From Phoronis australis (lineage: Eukaryota > Animalia > Phoronida), in contig NMRA01000223.1 in NCBI GenBank assembly GCA_002633005.1, positions 280,237 through 344,236 of the forward strand: a DNA stretch of 64,000 nucleotides, read 5' to 3'. The notes beneath the pieces are model-generated. The model saw nothing but the letters and a program-made list of their open reading frames with translations. It made no database searches and had not been told where the DNA came from. Positions 35,804 to 50,800 of this stretch are shown piece after piece. Made by a program: the position numbers and the translations under genes. The first letter of the stretch is position 1. Each line of letters starts with the position of its first letter.

Positions 35804-38800
35804 CTATTGAAATGGAAAGCATAAATTAAAAGGATTAGAATTGAAGTGTGATAAATCTCACCAATTTAGGACACAGTCGGACCGACAATTTTATGAAAGA
35901 CATGTAGCACCTAATCAACGCTTTTTCACCTTGAATTGAAAAAATAGCCACTATCAGACAATATTTTCATGGGCACTGACAACAGTCTTAGAAGCCTTTG
36001 AAAAGGGAAAAGTTGAATTAAGCCATTCTTTTCGTTTAAACCTAGTGAGATTTTCTCGTAAAACTAAAACTGATCAGCACAGTACAAACTGCAAAAGGCA
36101 TATGAATAGGATATCAATGAACTACACGTGCCATGAGCACAGAGTAGCATATGGTAAAAACACAGTCAAACAAAAAATACTTCGATGGATTAAAGATGCT
36201 ATGTCTCATTAAAACTGTGCATATTTAAATTTTTAGCAAGCGCCACCTATTGACTTCCTGGAAAACTGTGTATACAAGCATTAGCATTAAAAGAAACACT
36301 TTTTGTATTAAATAAATTGCAGTTTTAAAGAAAACACTACAACTGATACACTTAAAAACAAGAGTGAACATATAAAATCAAAAACCCTCGTAATTCCAAA
36401 TGTTACACAACCTTTATTTGATAGTGAAATGTACAATTAATAATAGAAACTGTGCCTTGTTTCATTAGGGTAACAATGAAATATCACCATCTTCATTTGC
36501 ATAAAAATAGTCTCGGAAAACGAGACTTTCACGAGGTTGCAATGGTAACTGTTTCTCGGATGGTTTCGGGCACACTGGAGGACCCCGGGTGTTTGAAAAT
36601 TAGTACTAACTTGATTTGCATATTCACAATTTAATGGGGCTACGCATCTTTAAGACATAAGTTTTGAGCAGAATACAATTTTCAGTGCTGACAGGATTGC
36701 GTATAAACTTTTAATACAGACCAGGCAATATAATTTTACACCTCCAGACTTTCTATTGAAATTATATAATTACTGTTAACAAATATTGAGTGAACAATAT
36801 CAAAACAAAACATCACGAGATTATCAGCGTGTTCGTATCTCTCTCGCCTTATGTGAAGTCTAGCTAAAACATCTCACCTTAATTCTGAGTTTATTGACAT
36901 CTCCCGTCAGCTTCTTGACTGTGGTTATAGGTCCGTCGGGATTAGTGGCTGGAGTTGGACTGTCCACACGCCCTCTCTGACTTGGACTAGGACTACGAGA
37001 CTTGGCTATAAAGGGACAACTGTTGTTGTATGAAACTGAATAAACAGTGACATGAGTCTCTTTTTTCGTCAGAAGCATCAGTCGAATAAGACTTAAAGCA
37101 TCAATGAACTAACTTTCCATCCAAGGAACTAGATTAGACCATTTACCGCTAAAAAATTTGTCTCAACCTGTTCCTCACACAGATTAGAAAGTGATTTTTG
37201 GTTTTGAAAAGAACTGACAATTTGTTATTGCTGGACAACATACGCGGAGAATAAAATGATCCCATGAAACGTCAAATTGCAGATCTACATTTCAAGCAAT
37301 AACAAAATATCATTTTTTGACAAACAAAGAACTTTCATCAAGGTAAATGATATCAATCAAAAACTATTTTTGTGATGGAAGGCAGTACATGGACACTTTA
37401 ACTGAGCAGAGAGTAAACTTAAAGTCCCATCCATCACCAGCATTGAAAACTGTTCATGTTGTGGGGTAAAACCCTTTTTATGCTTTATTAATATCATGAG
37501 TAAGCAGTTTTAATAACACATAATAAAACCATGAATCAAACGGAGTTCATTGATACTAGCTGAAACCAGAAGGTTCACCAACATTGATCTATTCCTGTTT
37601 GAAGTTTGTGATAGCAGCTGATTGGGACTTGAAATGCAGCTACATGTATAAACTCATGGTCCACTCAGAGAGGTTTGTAAAGAATTAACAGTTCACCACT
37701 CCTTCAGAGACCATAATATACACAAAGGGTGACACTAACCAAAGTATAGAGCCTGGTCTCAAGAATTTAGCCCCGAAATCACCTCCATTAAGGCAAAGGA
37801 AAATTTTGACACCAATTTCAAAATCGTAAGTGGCCTCAATCAATTTTTTTCATGACGGATAACAGGTTTATGTAGTTGGTTTAAACAGACATACAACATT
37901 CTGTTAACTATGGTATGGATTCCATTTACCATGTTTGGACTCCTTTAAATCTAATCAACACAGCAATGTGAATTCCTGCTCCCAAAATACATGACATTTC
38001 AGAATGTCGAGTAGATGACATAAAATTCAGCAGGCTTGTACAAATTGAGATTGGCTACGGTAAAATATCAGCAAAAACAATATTATTTTCATAAATGACA
38101 AGGTCTTCCAGCAATGTTGTGAATGGCCACAACTTTTCAATTGTTGTTCTAAGAAAGCCTTGGTACAGAACGATAAAACATTTTAATGACTTTGATGACA
38201 AAAAATGAGAAATGTAATTAAACTTGTGCTTCATATTGTGTCACAAATTGGTGTATTATATTTTACACTGCGCAGCTTAGCCCGGATATCGAGTGGACGG
38301 CTGAAAGGAGGGCTCTACACACCTGATGTGCAAGCCACACCTTGCCATCCTTCAAATGTCTGAGTACCTCCGCGGTTGCCATACAGTATAATAATTTGTG
38401 AACAGTGCAATACATGGCAAAACAATGGCCAGAAAGAGACTATAGGATATCCATACACAAACTGTATGACATATCTCCCCCAAATCCAATGAAATTGAAC
38501 CCTGCTTTTCAGTCACTTGTCAGAAGCCTCAAGTACCCCTGATCGGACCCCCTGGCCAAAAACCTTGTTCTGCACCTAGGCAACAGATATAGAAAGCTTA
38601 TGTTCCCAATTCAGAAGTTACAACACCCCCACAACACAAAACTGCAATTTGGAACACCAACCTGAAATGTTTGCTATGTGAAAACACTGATCTATGTGGA
38701 ATCACTTCCAGGCATAACAAGTGCTGAGCCTACTTCTGCCTGGATGTGCTGAGTCACAGGTTAAGAGGCTGATGTATTGCCTGATTGTTCAAAATTTGTG

Positions 38801-41800
38801 CTGATATCAATTGACTATAATACGAAACTAAATTCTTCATTGTACCACTCACAACTTTCGCATGCTTGATATACAGTAATATGTTAGTTGCAAACAACTA
38901 CACAATATTCTAATCTATCCAGTCTGTTCTATTCTATTTTTTCTAACTTGTGTTAATCATACAAACCCTTATGTAATGGATATTTCCGACAAGTCAATCA
39001 TCCTATTAATTCCAGCCAATCAGGACGTGGAAAAATGTAAACACTACAAATGTCCTCCATCTTGACCCATCAATATTCGTCTCTAACGAAAGTAGAAAGA
39101 AGGTTTTCGATGAGCCTTGGGACACTTACAGTGCGGCTCAACCATTTACGGAGAACAAAAAATGAAAAAATTAAAACTGCATGTTTAACATGCCACAAAT
39201 ATCTTCTTTTTTACCAGAATCTGATAATGAATTAAGCATGTACACTGAGTCTGCGGGATAAGGAAGACACACAATGTATATGACATACAGAAACGTGACC
39301 AAGAAGACTTGCATAATACTCTTTATACCATGTATCAGATCACAGTGCCACCTACGGTATAGGTACTCTTAAATCGTGCAACAACAATTTTTCTCATCGT
39401 CAGCTGGTAATAACTATATGCTAGTGCACCCAAGTCGTGTCACTAAACTTAATCTACAGTGCAAAACAACCTAGCCAGTATAATTACCCAGCAGTTTGAA
39501 TCGAACTGATATATCAGAAAGAAACTCACTTGAATATGTGAATCAGTTACTAATCTTGAATGGAATCTAGGAATTGTGGATATACTGTTGTGTAACAGTT
39601 ATTTTTTCTTCCTTTGTGATTGCCAGGCTCTACATCAGCTACTGTTTCAGTGAAAGTTCATCGGGAGCACATTGAACATTGAAACGAATCTGTTGCTATA
39701 TGCATTGAATTACCACGTTATTTTGTGCTGACTATTAAGGTTGACGTACTTGCTACAAACAATATGACTACAGTGCAATACCTCTCAAAAACAGGATTTG
39801 ATTTTGAAGTCAAAAACTCATCTAATTTTCAGCTGATTTTTTTCACCTAGCTACCTTCTGGGTTTTTGCTTTAACTTTCACAAGTTTGGCAAAATTAGTC
39901 ATTGCACTATTCCTAAAAGTACATGACTGTACATCCAACTTAGTATTAATTAAATTAAAATCTTACTAGGTCAAAGGTCATAATGACAGCTAGTAAATGT
40001 TATCTCTACACACTCCCTCTGTTGACTATTACTACCTAGCAGTAAAAGCTGGACATTAATGTGGCTGTTAACCTCAATGTAACGTGCAGTGCGTAGCGGG
40101 GCAGTGCGAACTGGGCATGCATGGTATACTTACGCAAACAGATTTGTGATTTCCGAAGATGTTCATCTTGAGAAAAAATTCAAAGGAAAACTAGTGCCTT
40201 TGTGAGCGGCATTAATTTGCTAGAAACTAAAGCTTGGACAACAGCCAAAAGTCACAAACCTGGGACGCATTTCACAGACCTTCAAACATAGGTGACTGAA
40301 CCAAAATATGAGACATAAAGACCAATAAACACAGACTTGTCGTGAATGGGTGTCACTGACACAGACAATTTCATTTTTAATTAAAACCTTTTTAAAAAGT
40401 AATTTGCAATCACATCGCATTTATGCCATACATTAATGAGTAAGCTGATATTTCATCAATTTGGTACAAAATAGTTGCGAAAAATGAGCACATTTCATTT
40501 TTTCAAAAGCTTTCGACAGCTGAAAATGCCTGCCATTTTCCAGATCATTGTCTGATGGTGGCAATGGTATAGACCTTGGAAACAGTAAAGCATTTACTCA
40601 GGTCAGTTACAAAGAAAAAATCCAATAAATAATATGTCACTTTGCCATACTGTGTCGAGAATTGGCGAGAATTTGCTGCATTAAAGTCGATACCTATTGC
40701 ATGCCTAGATGATATTCTTACAAAACAGACCAAGGGTTTACTCCAAGAAAACGACTTCAGATAGAAATTTGGTGTGATGCTCCCACTTGTTGAACAAAGG
40801 GTTTAGCCAACTAAGTATGAGGAAAATATGTTGATGGCCTAATGTTTCCTGTTCATGACATAGGCCTAGTGGTCCGTGCTTCAGACAAGCCACCTATACT
40901 TTAGTGGCCATATTGTCCTATGTTTGAAGGTTATACTGAAGTCTGTCCAAGGTTCATTACTTTTGTCCTTTTCCTAGACATTAATACACAAGTATTTTGA
41001 CATTTAAGGGGTCCTTAACTTAAACATGACAATAGGACAGATTTAAGCGCTCATGATAAACAAAAGAAAATGCAAGTGCATTGAAGTTTCATTAACTAAG
41101 TGCCAAAGTTGGTTCAAATTTTACTGCAAATGGAACTTGAAAAAAACCAAAAAGCATCAAAAAGTAGGTCTACCTCCAATCCGTACACATTCCTCCTTGT
41201 GACGGGCATTCCACGCCTTGAGCTTACATGCCTTGCTACAATAGTAGACCTCTTTACACCTGGAACATGCGGCCAGACGCACACCTACGGAACGACCACA
41301 CTCGTAGCAGTATTTCAGCAAGGGCTTCCTACAATCAAAATATATATAACTGTACTGAGAATGTGATGTTGAAGACACAGAAAATGAGGACTTTTACTGA
41401 CAGCAAGTGAAATTCGTGGCTGTGCACATGTGACCTTTAGTATTGGTGTGGACTAAACAACTCACATCAGGTAAAAAATAGCCTAACTGGTTCTGGTCTA
41501 TGTCCGGTTCATTTGGAAACCTGTTGCATCTAGGTTGTAAAAAAAAATCAAGACCCATTTCAACTGTCACCAAAGGTGACACTGAGGAACAAAGAAGGAT
41601 CTTCGCTAATCACAGTTAGCAACAGGTGACTTTTTTGAAAATAAATATGTACAACAATTATAATAACAAATACTTTATCACTCATCATTTTTAAAGGATC
41701 ACAGACCAGATCCAAGTTTGCTATCTTTATAACCTGTACTAACTAAATCATGCTAATTCTGACGATATTCCGACAGGTTCAGCAATATCACCAGCTTGCG

Positions 41801-44800
41801 CTATACGTCAGTTGACAACGACCTCAAAGAAAACAGCGCAAGCAAAATACTTGAGCATTAATTTTTTAGCATGAGGCGGCAACAGTAAGGCGTATTGTTT
41901 TGTTAACTCATAACAACAAACACATTACATGGTGCACAGTCTGTGATAGGTGCTGTGACATAAAAGACAGTTAACTTGATGTTTCAATAAAACTAAATGT
42001 TTCTACAAGCCAATGGGAAAACTGGTATTCTACTGGAGCTATTTAAAGTGTGACTGAGTGGCAGTGTAGACAGCCATAATTAGACTTATACGACCAGAAG
42101 CACAGCAAGTTCAGGCAAAAGTCTAAGCATCACACCCAATTATTCTAATCTATTCTATGCAGTGTGTGCTTTGTAATAACCAGTTTAACTACAAGGTGGC
42201 ATTCAAGCATAATACTTTATTCTAATCTACTCTATTAAAATAATTATGCGCTTTGTAATATTCAGAGCATCACTGGCACTTAATGCTGATGAAGAGTGTA
42301 ATGCTGTAAATTAACCCGAGACCCACAAACAAGCTACCCCACTTCCTGTCAAAATACTTTGATTTAGATCATACCTACATGAGGACTCAGGGCTCAGCAT
42401 TAAACCTCTTAGTCAGATTGGAAGACATTACGGGACACGGTAAGAATTGTTTAGTTACTTATTGCTCCAGACCATGCCATGCACTCAGGGCGAAGAGACC
42501 ATGACCCAGGGAACATGCAGTCTCCAAACTCAGGCTTGCACTCAAAGCTCAGGGAATTGGTCAATTTTCAAGTTGAGTTTGAGTAGTGATTAGACCCAGG
42601 CTCTGAGATCAGCTAGACCCTGAAACCTGGTATCAAGAAAAAAATGAATAGACGACTTTTCTCTAGCCCGGAAATTACTTCCAATCAGAGTTTAATGATG
42701 ATCTGAGACCAGTTTTACAGTAAGTGGTCTAAATTATAAGTTCTCTTTGACAGAATGTCGGTAAGCAATTATAACTTTAAAATATAAAGAACCACAGACC
42801 AGACCTTCAACTATGAGGAGGACAATACAAGAAATGACCCAAACACCTGTAAATGTTTATAGCACAGAAAGACACACACACTAACTGTACATTATATGTT
42901 GTGCCACTACTACATATAGATGCAAGTGCTTCAACTGTCGGTGGGAATCAAACCTTATTGGAGACTTGTTTTTACGTTTGTACTGTGATGACGCTGAAGG
43001 AGTGCCCTGACTGGACACAATAGTTACATGTTTGCTGCGAATCAAAAGCATGCAAAATGATAACAAAGCACAACACTTACTATAATATTCCATTACAGGC
43101 AAAATCTCACCAAATGGCTCAAATTGCCCTTTATTGATTTTGCAAAGGCTTCCAACATCGTAGTGAGCATCCACACTATTTCAAAACATTGTCCATTGGT
43201 ATCTGTACTGTTACAGAACTGGAAAATTGTTAAGCATTTGGTGCTACTGATCTCTAATAAAATTTGAGAATTCAAAACAAAATGTTCACATATCTGCCAC
43301 ATTGTCTCCCAATTGGTGAGATTTTACAGTAAACCCTTACAGGAATTGAGAAATATCAACGTAAAGTGAGAGCTGTCAACTAAACAAAATAAAACTAAAT
43401 TCAAGAATATTCAGAGTTAACCTTGTCCTTGGTGTCTTAAATGTTCTTTTTAAAATGGGAAATTGGTTTCTTTTAATTTGATTAACATAATTATTTTTTG
43501 AGAAACCAACCAGATGAGTTTTGAAACATTGCCATGTTCTCACCAGAATTATGCCAAGGTATAAAAATAAAACCAAAGAATAGATGCCTATAGATAGTTT
43601 GGACAGTTCCAAAAGGGGTACTTACACTCTGAGCCTCAACATTACAAGAATAACAATATTCGCAAAAAAGCATGGTGATGGGTGAATATTTTAGAACAAA
43701 CATACCGTTGGAACACACTTTGATGGTGACAGTTAACATGCCCATTTACAAAATTATAGGACACTCTGTATAACTCTAGTAACTTTAGTAATTCTCTAGA
43801 CTCAAATTGCACGGGTCCAGGGTTCGAGTCCCGGTTGGGGCAGAAATCTTTTCAGACTTCTCTTCATTAGGTCTCATGATGTTGCCTCAGGTGCTACGTT
43901 GACCATGCATAAAAATATTTGCAATAGACCAAAACCAAAATATACATGTAACAGGGCAGATAATTCACTTTTCTTGAGGCACAACCTATCTGAATTGGAG
44001 GGAGCACTCTCCCAACTCCAAGGTTTACCATCAGTGAAACCTTCAGCAAACAAAAACGTCATTTCACTGTAAATTCACACATACACACTGTGTATAAACA
44101 AAGCCAAAACAAAAGCATAAGCTCATTGAGTAGTAACCATTATGTTACTTACGGACTACAGATGGCGCAAGTAAACAGAGAAACAATTATGTGAAGGGGA
44201 ATATTGGGGAAGCTTTGAGATAGAGAGGGAAAGTTCAACTGATAAGTCTTGTCAGATGTTAATGGAAGTCAATAATTATGTGTACGTGCGTATTTAAGCT
44301 CAAGGTCCATTTTTATGAAGCTGCACCTAAAACCGGAATTAGTTAATAGGTACATGAGCCAATATGAGAAACTCTAATGAACTAAATCCAGGAGCAATTT
44401 TCTAATGAATAACTGAGACTTGACAATGACAAACATTAATCATTAAAGCAGGTGTTGATAATTATCTTAATTAAATGAAAAGTACTGAGAATTGACAAGA
44501 AAAAGTGAATAACACCAAATTCAAGACAATGCACATAGTAAGTCGGAGCCCCCTGCAAGTGAAGTTTGATGCAAATGACTACATGAAAAAAACACTTGAG
44601 TAAAAAATTTCTCGAAGAAACATGCAGCATTTTTGACACAGGCACGTGACCCCTGAATATGCACACATAAGGTACACTTTTTAAAATAAGTACCATCTAA
44701 CGAAACTGATGTGACAGTGGGGAAGACAATGTCAGCAAACACATTTTGACACCTCCTAAATGCCAAAGATTTTTCCCCCTGAAGACACAGAGCAAAAGGA

Positions 44801-47800
44801 GTGATTCATTTTCTGTAAGCACTTGTCACTGATTTGTAATGTCTCCCATCACGTCACAGTCCAATGGAACTCACAGACAGCTGAAAAATGTTACGATTTA
44901 AGTGAATATACATGATAGGTACCTTTTCTGTGGCTCATCTCCATCTTTAAAGCACACTTTACTATCTCCTGGTTTGGCACCCTTTTTAATTATGCCTGAT
45001 GGGGGTACGGCCCCCGCACCTGTATAGGTAAAGTCTTGACTGGGACTCACCGCTGTAAATGTGACCAAATGAATACAAAATATTAAGTAAATCCATGGTG
45101 AAATTTAGTGGCAGATTAAAAAAAAAAACGAAAAAAAAAAATGTTTTTATGAAGATTCTATATGGACATGATGCAAAAAACTTCAAGATTTTTGGCGTTT
45201 TCTCACAAATATTTTCCATTTCCCGCATTGTTGCATTACTACTGAAATTGGAAAGTATACGCGTGCTCAAAGTGTAAACGCGCTAGAGAAGATGATGTGT
45301 TGAAAGTACTAAACCCCTCATAGTGACGTATCATGTGCGGGCACGCTTACATTTTCTTGTCCAAGCCAGTGACTCAACCACATCGACTATTTAAAGTCGC
45401 TTATCTTTAAGTGGATTTCAATAATGGCAAAAAACATCCATGTAAAAAGTATCTATCGCACTTCACAGGTAGGAACAGACACACATTTTGTGTTACCAGG
45501 CAATAACAAAGTACAAAGAGTTTGCCAAAGGTAAAAATTGCCAAGGAACGCAACAAAACCTCTAGGAAACAGAAATTTTGCATGTGAACCCAAACTTCAT
45601 GGGAAGAACGCAAAATACAAACACATTTATTTTTCCAATAGAATGCAAAAATTTTGTCGAAACAACAATTGTGAGGAATGCGAAAATTTTGAAACTTGCT
45701 CGCATTACGACTTTAAAGCTTCGTATTTTTTATTGATACTTAATAATTAATAACAAAATTCTGACAATTTAATGTACCAACATGGGTAATGGTAAGTGCT
45801 GTACTCAGTAAATCTTTAATTTTCTTAAATTTAAAATTCCAAAAATGCATGCACTAAATTAATGGATACAGGTTACCCACTAAACCTCTAGCAAAATTAA
45901 ATTTGTCATAACAAGAACATGCAATGCAAGATTTCAGATTTATGTCCCCTGCAAGCCTTACATCTTCTTCCCTCCCTCTCTTCCTCCGCAAGTCGCTGAC
46001 GCTCTCTTTCCACGGCTTTCACCCTCAGCAGGTCACCCAGGTGCCCTAGTAGTTTACGACGTGCATTGTAGGTGTCTCTTTCAGCAGGCGTGAGGGCGTG
46101 GTACGGCATGTGAGCAATACGTCGGTCCTACACATCAGAAGACACAAGTATTACGTCAAATTCGGACAACAATTCTATAGAACATGCTTTGAAAAGTATA
46201 CAATATACAAAGTAGGACGGCGAATTGCAGATTGCATGCTTACAGAAATTAATTTGGAATGCACGAACTGGATACCTTTATTGTGTTTGAATATCGTTTA
46301 TTGGTGAATGAATTAATGCAGATAAAAGCAAGATTACCACTAAAATCAAATCAAAATTTGAACCTACGTTACCAAGTTTAAAATTTAGCATCTCCATCAC
46401 GGCATCACAGAATAAACTTCCACGGATTTTGGTGAAGGAGACACCAAAACGAGACAATGCACAAATTGTTTGAATTCTTACATCATTTTGCACATCTGCA
46501 ATAGCTGCAATTTCAGTTGATCAAGCATCCTAAAGGCAGGGGACTAGAAAGTTCCAGGGGGTCCAGAGTAGACGACTGCTCAGCCAGGCAGGGGACTAGA
46601 AAGTTCCAGGGGGTCCAGAGTAGACGACTGCTCAGCCAATGTTTCACTGCTGCTATGTCACGTATCGAAATCACCTCAAGCACTAGTCCATAGCTGGATC
46701 CCTTAGTCATGAGAATAGGGTGCGTGTGGAAAAATTTTTGTCAAGATAAGACCCCAAAAGACATAGGCCAAAAATAACAGATTAAGCAAACAACCTGCCT
46801 TAAGTTAAACAGTTGATTGACGCTGAGCATATTAAGTATCTAATGTGTGGCAACACATTAAATATCAGTTAAACTGACAACCAATGAGCACAAATCCTCT
46901 TATCTGAGCAACCTGCTCATTGAAGTAGCACAGCACGGCTTAACGTGAAGTTGGGATTGTCTCTCCTGACCTATATCATGAATGAAACTGATGACTGCAG
47001 AAGACAATTGCCCAAGTGTGGTGGTTGACCTTGGGGAGAACCCTAGCTAGAGTAAGGAAAGAGGGATTGCGGCTGTTTGCAGACAGTTTTTGATTACATC
47101 ATGTTGTCTCTTTAACTAAGAGAGAGGAAGAAGAAACATATCGAGGTATTGATTTTTTTCCAAGGAAGTGGTCAGATATGGGATTTATCTCTGACCAGTA
47201 GTGCACATTAATCTTTTGTTACTAATACAACATGACAAAACTAGACAATGTCATGTTTTTGAGAGAAAACTCAATATGTTGACAATTCCCAAAAGTAATG
47301 CACAAAACAGTGACATTAATGCCCAAATTTAGTTTGCAAAATCAGGTGTGTTACACAGAGAGAGCCTGAAATTCTAAGGTAAACACTAACATGTACATAC
47401 CATGTTGAACATGTAGTACGCAAAGTCCACAGCTGTACCTTGGACCCTCTTTGGACCAATCAGAATGGGGGCTAGGATGTTAGCACCAGCTTTCATAAGT
47501 TTGTCAATCTGTAAATGCAAGTTACGTCATGATTATGAAACAGTACAGCCAAAATTGCGGCAACACTTCGTATTACGCATCACTACAAGTCAACTTTAGT
47601 AACTAACGTTAGCCTTGGGTGATGAGCCCTGTATAAATACTAGTAGTATTGATACCCAAATATACTCATTACCAGGCTGGGCTATCTGGAATTCATAGGA
47701 CATAATAAAACAATAATCTTCTCGACCAGGGCTATAAAGTTTGGCTTTCATATGATGCCAACTGAGAGCAGGCTTCACCGTGACAAAGAACTGAATTAAC

Positions 47801-50800
47801 TGACCTTGCACACCAACTTCAAAAGGTCTATTGTGTATGAACTGCACCCTTGATTTACAACCATTCACAAAATTCTAAGCACTACGTCAAGTGAAAATTA
47901 GAGGGTTCTAACTAACACTTTAATCAAAATTTAGTTCGATTGTGGCTACTGTTGGTTTTACAAAGTTATCTAAAAACAAGATTAAGAACAAAATGACCAA
48001 TTAATCCTGGTTACAATCTTGTTAGTTTCAGGTCACGATTTTCAGGGATTACTATTTATTTTAAAAAATTATATAAAAATATCAGAAGTATAATTGTAAC
48101 ATGGGTCCTAAGTTTCCACTACTAGATGCTACAGATAGTCAGACTATTACATCATAGATCTTGGCTGCATGCCTATCCAATAGAAATCTACCACACAAAG
48201 TCTTACCAACTGAATCCGTCCCATGGGTGTACGCCTGTGCTCGTACTCTGTAGACGATGCCACACACAAAGCACTGCCTATGCCATGACTGAGAGGGAGG
48301 CTGGGGTCAGCACCGTATGCCAACAGTTCGTCAATAGCCTGTAAAATGTAAAAGAGTGAAATGAAATCAGACCATCACAATCCAAATCATTAATTGGTAA
48401 CAATGAAAATTCCAGATCTCAGTGTTTGGTTCTGTAGAAATGGTTTCTGTACACAAGACAAAAACCAAAATCGAAACCAGAAAGGACATAAAAATTAAAA
48501 GCCAAAATCAAGCAAATGCATGATTTTACTAAGACGTTACACTTCCTCACATTTGAAGTGGTTTCGCCATTTTAACATAAAAATTCTCATTTTGTTAAAT
48601 AAATTTAAACCTCATATACATGCTTGAAATACCCTGTAGATTTGAACGACCTGCACCTACCAGATCATTACCACTTGTGATAGCCAATGAGAGTGGAGAG
48701 TGACCATTGCATAACAAGTTGGGGTTGCCATGGTGATCAAGTAAGAGGTGAACCACTTGACATGCAAACTGTGCAGATAAAATAGACAAACCATGGGTGA
48801 GAATACATTGAACAATGCAGCTTACGATCTAATCTAGATACAACTGCGTAAAATCTCATCAACTAAGCAGACTAATGGCAGAAATTTATTATTCTCATTT
48901 TTTCATAAAACGAGTACTGGTAAGTCCCAAATTAATGCATCAAGGTTGGCAAGATGTACATTGCAGCTAACATGAAACGTGTTGAAAAATTGTGGACATC
49001 CACAACGATGTAAGAATGCATCACATTGAAATTTGAAAAAGGTCCAACGCATCTTTTTGCAATACTTGTCTGCAATTAGTGAGATAATACTTTGAATAAA
49101 TTTCTTGCAAAACAAGCGACTGAAATGTTACTTGGCAGCCATCTCCAGCAGATACGACCAGCAGGTGGAGCAGTAGTCAGGCTGTGATCATTTATACAGT
49201 TGCTGTGAGGAGCTGACACTGTCAAAAAGCTTCTCAGCCGATTCTTTTCCATCCAAATGAATTTTTATCAATATATATTTTTCTAATTCTGAATGTCTTT
49301 ATTCCAGGAATTTAATCTGCCATTCATGCCAACAACTCAAGTTTGACTTAAGCTGTTTTTTCAAACAAAATTCTGGAAAGTAACTAATTTTAAGCTTTAN
49401 ACTTTAATCAAAATTTAGTTCGATTGTGGCTACTGTTGGTTTTACAAAGTTATCTAAAAACAAGATAAAAATATCAGAAGTATAATTGTAACATGGGTCC
49501 TAAGTTTCCACTACTAGATGCTACAGATAGTCAGACTATTACATCATAGATCTTGGCTGCATGCCTATCCAATAGAAATCTACCACACAAAGTCTTACCA
49601 ACTGAATCCGTCCCATGGGTGTACGCCTGTGCTCGTACTCTGTAGACGATGCCACACACAAAGCACTGCCTATGCCATGACTGAGAGGGAGGCTGGGGTC
49701 AGCACCGTATGCCAACAGTTCGTCAATAGCCTGTAAAATGTAAAAGAGTGAAATGAAATCAGACCATCACAATCCAAATCATTAATTGGTAACAATGAAA
49801 ATTCCAGATCTCAGTGTTTGGTTCTGTAGAAATGGTTTCTGTACACAAGACAAAAACCAAAATCGAAACCAGAAAGGACATAAAAATTAAAAGCCAAAAT
49901 CAAGCAAATGCATGATTTTACTAAGACGTTACACTTCCTCACATTTGAAGTGGTTTCGCCATTTTAACATAAAAATTCTCATTTTGTTAAATAAATTTAA
50001 ACCTCATATACATGCTTGAAATACCCTGTAGATTTGAACGACCTGCACCTACCAGATCATTACCACTTGTGATAGCCAATGAGAGTGGAGAGTGACCATT
50101 GCATAACAAGTTGGGGTTGCCATGGTGATCAAGTAAGAGGTGAACCACTTGACATGCAAACTGTGCAGATAAAATAGACAAACCATGGGTGAGAATACAT
50201 TGAACAATGCAGCTTACGATCTAATCTAGATACAACTGCGTAAAATCTCATCAACTAAGCAGACCAATGGCAGAAATTTATTATTCTCATTTTTTCATAA
50301 AACGAGTACTGGTAAGTCCCAAATTAATGCATCAAGGTTGGCAAGATGTACATTGCAGCTAACACGAAACGTGTTGAAAAATTGTGGACATCCACAACGA
50401 TGTAAGAATGCATCACATTGAAATTTGAAAAAGGTCCAACTCATCTTTTTGCAATACTTGTCTGCAATTAGTGAGATAATACTTTGAATAAATTTCTTGT
50501 AAAACAAGCGACTGAAATGTTACTTGGCAGCCATCTCCAGCAGATACGACCAGCAGGTGGAGCAGTAGTCAGGCTGTGATCATTTAGACAGTTGCTGTGA
50601 GAAGCCGACACGGTCAAAAAGCTTCTCAGCTGATTCTGTTCCATGCAAATGAATTTTTATCAACATATATTTTTCTAATTCTGAATGTCTTTTGCTTTAT
50701 TCCAGGAATTTAATCTGCCATTCATGCCAACAACTCAAGTTTGAGTTAAGCTGTTTTTTCAAACAAAATTCTGGAAAGTAACTAATTTTAAACTTTGACA

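Larger units (their letters stand above)
47917..50797. repeat. ~1.4-kb tandem duplication (47917-49399 vs 49401-50797) joined by the n at 49400, containing two ANKMY1 exons
   Basis: Near-identical copies with intronic SNPs, a ~90-bp indel and identical exons. Confidence 0.92.

Noticed and set aside
39531-39567. Additional ANKMY1 cassette exon (ctag...gtgagt)
   Set aside because: It is 37 nt, would shift frame, and has a weak pyrimidine tract.
48126-49736. Duplicated + strand 72-aa ORFs
   Set aside because: They are antisense shadows of ANKMY1 exons within the duplicated block.
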